DNA from: Candidatus Altimarinota bacterium
GTDB taxonomy: Bacteria > Patescibacteriota > Gracilibacteria > UBA1369
Direction of reading: 5' to 3'
Assembly: GCA_041659405.1 (NCBI GenBank)
Contig: JBAZYK010000004.1
Span: 90,001 to 122,000, forward strand
Length of the DNA: 32,000 nucleotides
Each line of letters opens with the position of its first letter. Positions within the stretch are counted from its first letter, which is position 1. The notes beneath the pieces were generated by a model. It was given only the letters and a program-made list of their open reading frames with translations, had not been told where the DNA came from and made no database searches. This document shows, one piece after another, positions 21,252 to 29,027 of the stretch. A program made the position numbers and the translations under genes.

Positions 21252-21836
21252 TTAAGCGAAATATTGTAAATCAGGTTTTATTTTACGAAGAGTACGGTAA
21301 AGGATAATCGCGACATTACTTTCGGAAAGACCGGTCATCTGGACAATTTCTCGATTCGACAATTCGCTAAAAAATTTCAACTGTATTACTAAAAGTTCTC
21401 GTTCAGGTAAAGTTTTCATAACCTTTTTAACCACATCGGAAAGCTCTTCGCGGGCTGCTTTAATGTGTGGCGAAGCTTTTTCTTCCGGCTCGGAAACACC
21501 GTAAGCCCGCTCAATATCGGATGTCCTGGTTTTATTATGTCTCTGGTAATAATCATTCAAAACATTGCGGGCTATGCGGAAAACCCAGGCACCAAAGGGT
21601 ACACCGCGCCATTCAAATTTTTGGATATTTTCCAGCACCTTCATGAAAATATCACTCACCAGATCCTCGGCATCATCACGATCATTTATCTTGGCAGCAA
21701 CAAAAGAATAGACCTTTGGAAAATAAAAATCATAAAGCTTCCCAAAACTTTCGTTATTTGATTTGGCATCCATCACAAGCTGTTTTTCGTCGCTGAGATC
21801 CATCTTTTTTGTGGGAGAAAAGGCGATTGATCGCAT
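21252..21836 (-). CDS. ECF-family RNA polymerase sigma-70 factor
   Basis: FGKLYDFYFPKVYSFVAAKINDRDDAEDLVSDIFMKVLENI (region 2), and LPERELLVIQLKFFSELSNREIVQMTGLSESNVAIILYRTLRKI (region 4). Confidence 0.93.
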   Translation of the reverse strand: MRSIAFSPTKKMDLSDEKQLVMDAKSNNESFGKLYDFYFPKVYSFVAAKINDRDDAEDLVSDIFMKVLENIQKFEWRGVPFGAWVFRIARNVLNDYYQRHNKTRTSDIERAYGVSEPEEKASPHIKAAREELSDVVKKVMKTLPERELLVIQLKFFSELSNREIVQMTGLSESNVAIILYRTLRKIKPDLQYFA

Positions 21837-22030
21837 TCCGCATCGATCACCGATACCCCAACAGTATAAGAAAGCGTTAGCATAAGCAAGGCGATCGAAA
21901 GAAAAATCACTATTAATAACAGCGCCCCAAAAAAAGTATTACAAAGTTAGACTTTGCTCCAGACTCGGCACTTTAATAAGTTGTGCGTGCGCACAGATTT
22001 AAGTCTAGAAAATGGCTTCTGCGAGCCAAA

Positions 22031-24622
22031 TTATCTTACTTCAAAAGCAACATTTTTACTCTTCAATACCTTGCCATCACTCAGAACCACCTCTGCCCGC
22101 AATTTGTGTGACCCTTTTATCGGCAGCCACAAGGCACTAAAAGGGGATACCTTATTGGCGACAACCAAAGTTTCATCAATAAAATATCTAACTTCACCGG
22201 TATCAAGCGGCACCGTAACCCGCAAAGGAATTTTTTGATCTTTTAAAGGAAGCGTTCCTTCGATCATGTATTCATCGCCATTCCGTGGCGAATCAATTAT
22301 CACCTCCGTAAAGTTCGCGCCCGCACTGCCCGCCGCCCCCGCGCCGCCCGTCGAGCCTGCACCGCTTGCCCCAGTCTGCGCACTCACCGTCTTCCCGCAC
22401 GGCTCCACATAAGGCAAAGCCAGGCTTTCCCCAACCGCCCATTTTTGAAATTTTGGCGGATAAACAACAAAAGTTTTTTGTTGCAGGTTGGCCGGCACGC
22501 CTTGGCTACTCAGCGCACTTTCACCTTGCGGCCCACCGCCCAGCGCGCCACCGTCAGCGCTCCCACCCACGCAGGCATCCTGAATAATATGTCCGGAATT
22601 TTTATCGACCCAAAATTGTTTATAATAATCATCTTTTTCTTTTGGCTCTGTTCCGGGCACAAACAGTTCAAAAACCCGATCCTGACACAAATCCGTAGGC
22701 AATTTGCCGGAAATTCCACAAATTTCCACCTGTTTTAATCCCGCCGGTTTCACAAAATCCGTTACCGCCATCCCACTTCCGCCGCCCCCCAAAGCCCCCA
22801 ACGCCGACTCCATAAAATCATGCCAAATTGGACCCGCTCCATCCACGCCGCTTATATTATTCATCGGCGTTGCGTCTGCGTTTCCAACCCAAACCGCTGT
22901 TAAAAGTTGCGGAGTAAATCCAACCGTCCAGTTATCACGAAAATTTCTGGTTGTACCGGTTTTAACCGCTGCTGGCCTGCTTAATTCAAGCACGCTACCT
23001 TCTCCAAAACCGCCAAGTCTGGCCAACGGATCTTTTAAAATATCAATAATTTGATAAGCGTGTTCCTTTCCATGTTGTCCCAAAACAAATTGTTCCGGTG
23101 GGGGAGTCCACTGATACAAAATTTTCCGCTGCGAATCTTCAATTTTTAAAATTGTGCTCAAATCCCTTTCGTTACCGTAATTCGCCAACATATTAAAAGC
23201 GCGCGCAAAATCCAGCATTCTAACTTCGGCTCCACCAAGCGTTAAAGCCAGCCCATAAAAATTCGGATCCTGATCCAGAGTATTAATTCCAATTTTTCTT
23301 AAAAAAGAAATAAACGCCTCAACTCCCACAAAATCCAAAGTTTTCACCGCCGGAATATTAAAAGAACTCGCTAAAGCATTACGCAAACGCACCGGACCAT
23401 GATACCGCAAATCATAATTTTTCGGCTCATAAGCGCCGGTATCGGTCGAAAAAGTTGTGGGAACATCATCCAAAATTGTCGCAGGTGTATACCCTTTTTC
23501 CAGTGCCAGTAAATAATTAAATGGCTTAACGGCAGAGCCAGGTTGTCGCAGCGCTGTAACCATATCCACCGCTCCATCAATATTTTCATTAAAATAATTT
23601 TCACTTCCAACCCACGCTAAAATCTGTCCGGTTTTTGGATCCAAAGAAAGTAACGCTCCATTTGTAACATGTTTATCATGCAAAAGTTCAACCTGCCTGG
23701 AAACCGTATTTTCAGCCTTTAATTGCAGATTGTAATCCAGTGTTGTGTAGATGGATAGCCCCCCGCGATTCATGATTTGATCGCCCAATTCATTGATGAC
23801 ATACTGCACAAAATGCGGTGCTTTCATTTCGGTTTTATTGCGACGCAAATGGAGTGGTTCTTCGTAAGCCGCCTTGTTTTCCGCATCTGAAATAAATCCA
23901 TTTTTAGTCATTTGATCCAAAACATATTGCTGTCTTTTTTTTGCCGGATCAAAATACAAAAATGGATTATAAGCAGACGGCGCTTGTGGAAGCCCCGCCA
24001 GGAACGCGCTTTGGGCCAGATCCAAATCATTAACATGCTTGTCAAAATAATCCAAAGCCGCAGAATCCGATCCATAAGCCAAATTTCCGTAATAAATTTT
24101 ATTCAGATAAAGTTCCAAAACCTGATCTTTTGTATAAGAGTGACTCAAACGAACTGCATATAAAGCCTCCATAATTTTGTCACTCAGGCCGCGTTCCCTA
24201 TTAACTCCAAGCAGATTTCTTACGAGTTGCTGCGGAATAGTGCTGGCTCCACTCACAATTCTTTGCTCGCGCACATTAAAGAAGAGCGAACGCAAAATCG
24301 CCCCAAGATCAACGCCACCATGTTCATAAAAATTTATATCCTCTGCCGCTAAAGTGGCATTAATAAAATTTTTTGGAATCTGATTTAGCGGAACAAAAGT
24401 CTTTTTCCCCGAATCCGGCTGCAGAATTTCATATAAAAGCACTCCATTCCGATCAAGAATTTTAGTAGAAGGCAACTGATTACCCGCCACAAACAAATCC
24501 GGCAACGGCATCACATAAGCAACGTACAAATAAAAACTAAAGCTTAAAAATAGCAGCCCAAAAACAGCGGCCAATAGCCAAAATATAATGGGGTGATCCT
24601 TCCTGTGAAAAAAAGTTTTCAT
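22031..24622 (-). CDS. pbpC: penicillin-binding protein 1C-type transglycosylase/transpeptidase
   Basis: GT51 motifs (AAEDINFYEHGGVD, SGASTIPQQLVRN, KIYYGNLAYG), transpeptidase SALRQPGSAVKPF / SSFNIPAV / KTGTTRNFRDNW, and a C-terminal PBP1C-like beta domain. Confidence 0.9.
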   Translation of the reverse strand: MKTFFHRKDHPIIFWLLAAVFGLLFLSFSFYLYVAYVMPLPDLFVAGNQLPSTKILDRNGVLLYEILQPDSGKKTFVPLNQIPKNFINATLAAEDINFYEHGGVDLGAILRSLFFNVREQRIVSGASTIPQQLVRNLLGVNRERGLSDKIMEALYAVRLSHSYTKDQVLELYLNKIYYGNLAYGSDSAALDYFDKHVNDLDLAQSAFLAGLPQAPSAYNPFLYFDPAKKRQQYVLDQMTKNGFISDAENKAAYEEPLHLRRNKTEMKAPHFVQYVINELGDQIMNRGGLSIYTTLDYNLQLKAENTVSRQVELLHDKHVTNGALLSLDPKTGQILAWVGSENYFNENIDGAVDMVTALRQPGSAVKPFNYLLALEKGYTPATILDDVPTTFSTDTGAYEPKNYDLRYHGPVRLRNALASSFNIPAVKTLDFVGVEAFISFLRKIGINTLDQDPNFYGLALTLGGAEVRMLDFARAFNMLANYGNERDLSTILKIEDSQRKILYQWTPPPEQFVLGQHGKEHAYQIIDILKDPLARLGGFGEGSVLELSRPAAVKTGTTRNFRDNWTVGFTPQLLTAVWVGNADATPMNNISGVDGAGPIWHDFMESALGALGGGGSGMAVTDFVKPAGLKQVEICGISGKLPTDLCQDRVFELFVPGTEPKEKDDYYKQFWVDKNSGHIIQDACVGGSADGGALGGGPQGESALSSQGVPANLQQKTFVVYPPKFQKWAVGESLALPYVEPCGKTVSAQTGASGAGSTGGAGAAGSAGANFTEVIIDSPRNGDEYMIEGTLPLKDQKIPLRVTVPLDTGEVRYFIDETLVVANKVSPFSALWLPIKGSHKLRAEVVLSDGKVLKSKNVAFEVR

Positions 24623-24700
24623 AATAACTCAAACACGCCAAAGATTCAGTTCGTGCAAAATTATAAACCCTTTCAGCCAAATTCCTATTACAAAATTCTT

Positions 24701-25126
24701 TTACTTCCAAACCTGATACCACTTCCTTTTTGGCTGTTCCAAGAGTTTAAATTGATTTTCCAAACTCAAAAAACGATCCTGAAACGCCTTCATAAAACGC
24801 ATAAAACTTTCTTTGTCCTTCTTGTTACCTTCCAGCAAACCTTCAACGTGCGCCTGCAATTTTTGAAGATCCTGCAAAGTTGCAACCTCGGCGGAAACGG
24901 CCTTTGACTCTTCCTTGATTGAGCGTTGTTCACGATCAAAAATCGAACTCTGGCCAAGTTTATAAAACTTAACAAGACTTTCCTGGGTAATCAAATAATT
25001 AAAACCCTGTGGAGTCCTTTTTTTCTTTGCCTGAAGCTTTTTGCCTTTCAAAGCACGACGAATGGTTTGTAGCGATTTACCACTTATCTTAGCGGCTTCT
25101 TGAAGCGTTAGCAGAGTTTCAGGCAT
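24701..25126 (-). CDS. small helix-turn-helix (MerR/excisionase-like) protein with a coiled-coil C-terminus
   Basis: LLTLQEAAKISGKSLQTIRRALKGKKLQAKKKRTPQGFNYLITQESLVKFY (wHTH) followed by a predicted helical LQDLQKLQAHVEGLLEGNKKDKESFMRFMKAF segment. Confidence 0.7.
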   Translation of the reverse strand: MPETLLTLQEAAKISGKSLQTIRRALKGKKLQAKKKRTPQGFNYLITQESLVKFYKLGQSSIFDREQRSIKEESKAVSAEVATLQDLQKLQAHVEGLLEGNKKDKESFMRFMKAFQDRFLSLENQFKLLEQPKRKWYQVWK

Positions 25127-25219
25127 GAATTTTTATTAAAAAATCTTTTAAAAAACTATCACCGGCATTATAGTGAATAGTCGTTTGGATAATCAAGAGA
25201 GAAAATCAAAAAATCCTTA

Positions 25220-25335
25220 TTGACCATTATGATGAGCCAATGCTACACTATAACTACAAAGACCTTGTCTCCAAATTGTCACCGTATGGTGGCGTTTCCA
25301 TGATTTCCATGGAATAGGAGCGGGGTCGTTTTTTT
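25220..25335 (+). ncRNA. candidate small structured RNA (three-way-junction fold plus U tract) with a possible upstream promoter
   Basis: Possible promoter TTGACC (25220-25225)-N18-TACACT (25244-25249). Outer stem: GACC 25261-25264/GGTC 25324-25327 and CTCC 25269-25272/GGAG 25317-25320. Hairpin GTCACC-GTAT-GGTGGC (25278-25293). Hairpin TTCCATG-ATTTC-CATGGAA (25296-25314). Ends in GTTTTTTT (25328-25335). Confidence 0.5.
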
Positions 25336-25351
25336 ATTTAAATTCCCAAAT

Positions 25352-25379
25352 ATCATCGATTAATTTGTTGATGATTTTT
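25352..25379 (+). terminator. weak hairpin plus T tract
   Basis: ATCATC (25352-25357)...GATGAT (25370-25375) followed by TTTT. Confidence 0.35.
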
Positions 25380-25479
25380 CTTTGTGTATTTTAAAACCTG
25401 CGTCCCCCGATTCATCTATAAAAACGATCATAGTATTTTCAATACGGTGAAAATTACTACTATCTTAGTGGTTTGGCTC

Positions 25480-25502
25480 TTTTGAAAACCGACTGGTGCA
25501 GG
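25480..25502 (+). repeat. left arm of a short outer imperfect inverted repeat (partner 31838-31860)
   Basis: TTTTGAAAACCGACTGGTGCAGG versus reverse complement of 31838-31860 TTTTGAGAACCAACTGGTGCAGG, 21/23 identical. Confidence 0.6.
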
Positions 25503-25590
25503 GCACGCAGTGATGCCTGACACCGCGTGCTCTGGAAAACATAATGCTAAAATCTGCGCCGCCTGAGGCGGGGGGCAGGTAGCACGGGGC

Positions 25591-25718
25591 GTTTTTGGGT
25601 AAAAAAGCCTTGCATCTTTAAAAAGATATTGGTAGGATAACCCTCCTTATCATTAAGCGCCATTTATGTTAGAAATAAGAGACCAGATAAACTTAATTGA
25701 CGATAGCCATATAACCAA
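25591..25718 (+). repeat. left arm of a ~130-bp inverted repeat carrying promoter, leader and first ~17 codons (partner 31446-31580)
   Basis: Direct base-by-base comparison with the reverse complement of 31446-31580 gives about 8 mismatches in 128 nt, plus a 7-nt AAGCGCC duplication in the right copy. Confidence 0.95.
25610..25638 (+). promoter_or_regulatory. putative promoter for the aspS-like operon
   Basis: TTGCAT (25610-25615), 17-bp spacer, TAGGAT (25633-25638). The same elements recur in the right arm. The leader to the ATG at 25666 is short (~20 nt). Confidence 0.55.
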
Positions 25719-27009
25719 ACCAGTCGAGATTGATGACTTAAGCAAGAGGTCAGGGGAGACCGTGCAAATGGAAGGTGCTGTTCACAAGATTAGAAGCTTG
25801 GGGAATGTAGCTTTTATCGTTATTCGAACTATAAGGGATAAATTACAGGTTGTTCTGGATGGTGAATCCATGCAATTACTTTCCGGTTTGAAAGAAGGCG
25901 ATTTTGTAAAATTCAGTGGCGTTGTGGAAGAAAATCCTAAAGCATATAAAGGGCAGGAAGTTAGAGCAACAGCCATAGATAAGTTAAGTGGAGCAAAGGA
26001 TGTATTAGAAGTTAATCTTGGGGCAAAAGAGCTTCCAATGAATCTTGAAACAAAATTGGATCGTAGGATTTTAACATTAAGGCATTTGCGTGAAAGAGCG
26101 GTTTTCAAACTGCAGGAAGGAGTTGGTGTTGCTTTTCGAGAATATCTTTTGGATCAGAGATTTACCGAAATACATTCGCCCAAAATAGTTGCAGCAGGAG
26201 CTGAAGGAGGAGCCAATATATTTAAACTTGATTATTTTGGACGACCTGCTTTTCTTGCTCAAAGTCCTCAATTTTATAAACAATTTATGGTTCCTGTGTA
26301 TGGTAGAGTTTTTGAAGTGGGGCCAGTTTTCCGCGCGGAGAAACATGCGACTTCGCGTCATATTAACGAATACACATCATTAGATTTTGAAATGGGTTTT
26401 ATTGATTCTTTTAGAGATGTTATGTCGATGGAAGTTGGTTTTTTGAAATATCTTATAGGGGTTTTGGGGCAGAGGTATGGACATGAACTTGAATTGCTTG
26501 GCATAAAACTGCCGGATATTAGTAGTGTCCCAGCTATTAAATTCGCTGATGCTAAGGAACAAGTAGCAAAAAAATATAACAGAAAATACAGAGATCCTTA
26601 TGATTTAGAACCAGAAGAAGAAAGATTGATCGGAGACATGGTTAAGCAAGAAACAGGAAGTGATTTCGTATTTCTAACCCATTACCCTAAGGCCAAACGT
26701 CCATTTTACACTATGTCGTCTACTGAAGATCCAAATTATACCGAAAGTTTTGATCTGCTTTTCAAAGGATTAGAAATTACCACTGGTGGTCAACGAATTC
26801 ATGATTATGACACACAGGTAGAAGCCTTAAGAGCAAAAGGGTTAAATCCAGATGACTTTAAGGATTATCTTGAATTACACAAAAATGGCACTCCTCCTCA
26901 TGGTGGTTGTGGAATTGGACTTGAGAGGTTAACATTAAAACTTTTAGGAGGAACCAATGTTAGAGAAGCAACGCTCTTCCCAAGAGATTTGAATCGTCTT
27001 ACTCCTTAA
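25666..27009 (+). CDS. aspS: archaeal/nondiscriminating-type aspartyl-tRNA synthetase-like class II aaRS
   Basis: OB-fold GAVHKIRSLGNVAFIVIRT. Class II motifs EIHSPKIVAAGAEGGANIFKLDYFGRPAFLAQSPQFYKQ, VFEVGPVFRAEKHATSRHINEYTSLDFEMGF and GGCGIGLERLTLKLLGGTNVREATLFPRD. No bacterial-type GAD insertion is visible at 447 aa. Confidence 0.9.
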   Translation: MLEIRDQINLIDDSHITKPVEIDDLSKRSGETVQMEGAVHKIRSLGNVAFIVIRTIRDKLQVVLDGESMQLLSGLKEGDFVKFSGVVEENPKAYKGQEVRATAIDKLSGAKDVLEVNLGAKELPMNLETKLDRRILTLRHLRERAVFKLQEGVGVAFREYLLDQRFTEIHSPKIVAAGAEGGANIFKLDYFGRPAFLAQSPQFYKQFMVPVYGRVFEVGPVFRAEKHATSRHINEYTSLDFEMGFIDSFRDVMSMEVGFLKYLIGVLGQRYGHELELLGIKLPDISSVPAIKFADAKEQVAKKYNRKYRDPYDLEPEEERLIGDMVKQETGSDFVFLTHYPKAKRPFYTMSSTEDPNYTESFDLLFKGLEITTGGQRIHDYDTQVEALRAKGLNPDDFKDYLELHKNGTPPHGGCGIGLERLTLKLLGGTNVREATLFPRDLNRLTP

Positions 27010-27020
27010 AGTGTAAAATT

Positions 27021-27779
27021 ATGTATCGAGAAGGTATTGAAGTGAAAAGGGATACAAATGCTGGCATACTCCTCGAATACCCTTCTTGTCTCGAAGTTGT
27101 TGAGAAACTCTTTCCTGATAGTTGTGAAAGAATTTATTATCCGAATGACGAAGATTCTGTTGTTCATGTGAATCGTGAAGGAATAGATGTTGCATTCATT
27201 GCAGGACATGGGGCAAGTATCGCAGCGTGCATGGCAGAAAGACTGCGCGTATATGGGGCACAAGCATTAGTACGTATTGGAACGTGCGGTGCCCTTTCAA
27301 AAACAGTGCGCCTTTGGGAACCGATCATCACTACGGCATGTTTTAGCGACGAAGGTACTTCGAGACATTATCTTCCCGAAGGATTTCCTATTGTTTCAAA
27401 TCCAGCATTAAATCTGGCTCTTCGTGAGCATTTTGAAAAAAGCGGGATAACTCCGCAAGAAGGCATATCCATTACGACTGACGGAAGATGGCGGGAGGAT
27501 CCAGGGCTTTTTAAAAAGTTACATGAACTTGGGGTAGTTTCGGTTGAAATGGAAACTGCAGCCATTCTTGCTGTAGCGCAATATCGAAAACTATTTGGCG
27601 CTGCGATTAATATCGCGACAGATTTGCCAGCAGATGTAGAGAGTGAACATGATTTTAAGGGGATTCCTGATCGTGAAAACTATGACGAAAATTTTGATAA
27701 GAGCTTACGGATAATTATCCCGATAGTTATCGATACGCTTGTTGCCTTTCAGAGAGTTGTTTTAGCTTCTCATCTATGA
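27021..27779 (+). CDS. PNP/UDP-family nucleoside phosphorylase
   Basis: IAGHGASIAACMAERLRVYGAQALVRIGTCGAL and VVSVEMETAAILAVAQYRKLFGAAINIATD (phosphorylase superfamily motifs). The stop overlaps the next start (ATGA). Confidence 0.88.
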   Translation: MYREGIEVKRDTNAGILLEYPSCLEVVEKLFPDSCERIYYPNDEDSVVHVNREGIDVAFIAGHGASIAACMAERLRVYGAQALVRIGTCGALSKTVRLWEPIITTACFSDEGTSRHYLPEGFPIVSNPALNLALREHFEKSGITPQEGISITTDGRWREDPGLFKKLHELGVVSVEMETAAILAVAQYRKLFGAAINIATDLPADVESEHDFKGIPDRENYDENFDKSLRIIIPIVIDTLVAFQRVVLASHL

Positions 27780-28411
27780 AAAGAGAATGGAATAACATTT
27801 CTGATGATACTGAGACGATGGTATTTACAACCCCTTTGCCAGATGCGCGAATTTTATCGTTAGCGCCGCCTGAGTCTTCAAGTGTGCTTGATATAGGTTG
27901 TGGTTATGGTCGTGTCTTAAAACATATGTATGAAATGGGATATCGAGATCTTACTGGGATTGACGTTTCCGATGGACTTATATTAAGAGCTAAACAATTG
28001 TGTCCTGATGCCGTCTATCGCATTCAAGATATTGAGAGTATCCAACTTGAACAAAAATATGATCTGATTTTAATCATGGGAGTTATTGAATATATTTTGA
28101 GTGATGAAAATCAGAAAGAATTTTTTGGTAAAGTGAGTAGAGCTCTTCGCCCTAATGGACACGTATTATTAGAAACATTTGTTCTTGACCCTACAAATAT
28201 ATGTCAGTACATGGCTGGACTATTGAAAACAGGCCATTTGGGCAGATTTACGAATAACAGTAAGGGATTTGAGTGTCATCATCAATCTTATGCAGTTGTA
28301 GATAGACTTGTGTCTGAATTTTTTGAGGTAATAATCCGAACTCGCCAAAAATTTTTAACCTGGACTGGCTATGAATGTAACGGGTATTCACTTATTCTTC
28401 GGGCTAAATAA
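27776..28411 (+). CDS. class I SAM-dependent methyltransferase
   Basis: SSSVLDIGCGYGRVLKHMYEMGYRDLTGIDVSDGLILRAK and YDLILIMGVIEYIL. Start overlaps the upstream stop by 4 nt. Confidence 0.88.
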   Translation: MKREWNNISDDTETMVFTTPLPDARILSLAPPESSSVLDIGCGYGRVLKHMYEMGYRDLTGIDVSDGLILRAKQLCPDAVYRIQDIESIQLEQKYDLILIMGVIEYILSDENQKEFFGKVSRALRPNGHVLLETFVLDPTNICQYMAGLLKTGHLGRFTNNSKGFECHHQSYAVVDRLVSEFFEVIIRTRQKFLTWTGYECNGYSLILRAK

Positions 28412-28416
28412 TTTTT

Positions 28417-28617
28417 GTGATATACTTTCAATATATGATATCTTCGCAACACAACTCTTCTCTACGCCAGCTAGAACGTCTAATGCAAGAAAAGGATGAG
28501 GAACTGACCCGTCTAGACAATCTTAAAAAAAATGAATTTAGAGATATGCGGCGATTATCTGAAATAGATATGACGATACAAGAAATAAGGCGTAAAATGA
28601 TGTTTCACCATGAATAA
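28417..28617 (+). CDS. small predicted coiled-coil protein
   Basis: 66-aa ORF, charged and helical (LRQLERLMQEKDEELTRLDNLKKNEFRDMRRLSEIDMTIQEIRRKMM). It sits in the operon and overlaps the start of the HIT gene. An internal ATG at 28435 is a plausible start. Confidence 0.6.
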   Translation: MIYFQYMISSQHNSSLRQLERLMQEKDEELTRLDNLKKNEFRDMRRLSEIDMTIQEIRRKMMFHHE

Positions 28618-29020
28618 ATGTGTTTTTTGCATTATTGCGCGACGCGAAAAATCTGCCAACATTGTGTGGGAAGATGATTATGTGATGGCTTTTTTGGATA
28701 TTGATCCTATTTCAGATGGTCACACCCTTGTGATTCCAAAAAATCATATTCGCGATGTAAGTGGGCTAGACGAAAAAACAGGCTCTCACGTGATGAGTGT
28801 TGCAAAAATTTTAGCATCCGTTATAGAAAAAACTTTTGGATTCGATGGTATCGAAATCAGAGCTGTAAGTGGACATTTCCAAGATGTTCCTCATTTTCAT
28901 TTGCACGTTTTTGGCAGAAATAAGATAAATGACATAAAGATTATATATCCTAAAGGAATCAATAACTCTCCCGAATATTTGGCTAAAAACGCTAAAAAAA
29001 TCAAGGATGAATTGAAGTAA
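28610..29020 (+). CDS. HIT (histidine triad) family hydrolase/nucleotidyltransferase-like protein
   Basis: CVFCIIARREKSANIVWEDDYVMAFLDIDPISDGHTLVIPKNH and the triad region GHFQDVPHFHLHVFGR. Confidence 0.9.
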   Translation: MNKCVFCIIARREKSANIVWEDDYVMAFLDIDPISDGHTLVIPKNHIRDVSGLDEKTGSHVMSVAKILASVIEKTFGFDGIEIRAVSGHFQDVPHFHLHVFGRNKINDIKIIYPKGINNSPEYLAKNAKKIKDELK

Positions 29021-29027
29021 AATTTTA

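Noticed and set aside
25515-25540. T-box-like string ACACCGCG upstream of an aspS-like gene
   Set aside because: The T-box consensus UGGNACC bulge is not met (UGACACC), no stem I specifier loop was recognised, and the element lies upstream of the likely promoter. A regulatory RNA is possible but calling it a T-box is not supported.
27777-27779. Possible TGA=Gly recoding, which would extend the nucleoside phosphorylase by ~27 aa
   Set aside because: The TGA overlaps the methyltransferase ATG (ATGA), the phosphorylase has normal length, and all other genes are complete in the standard code.
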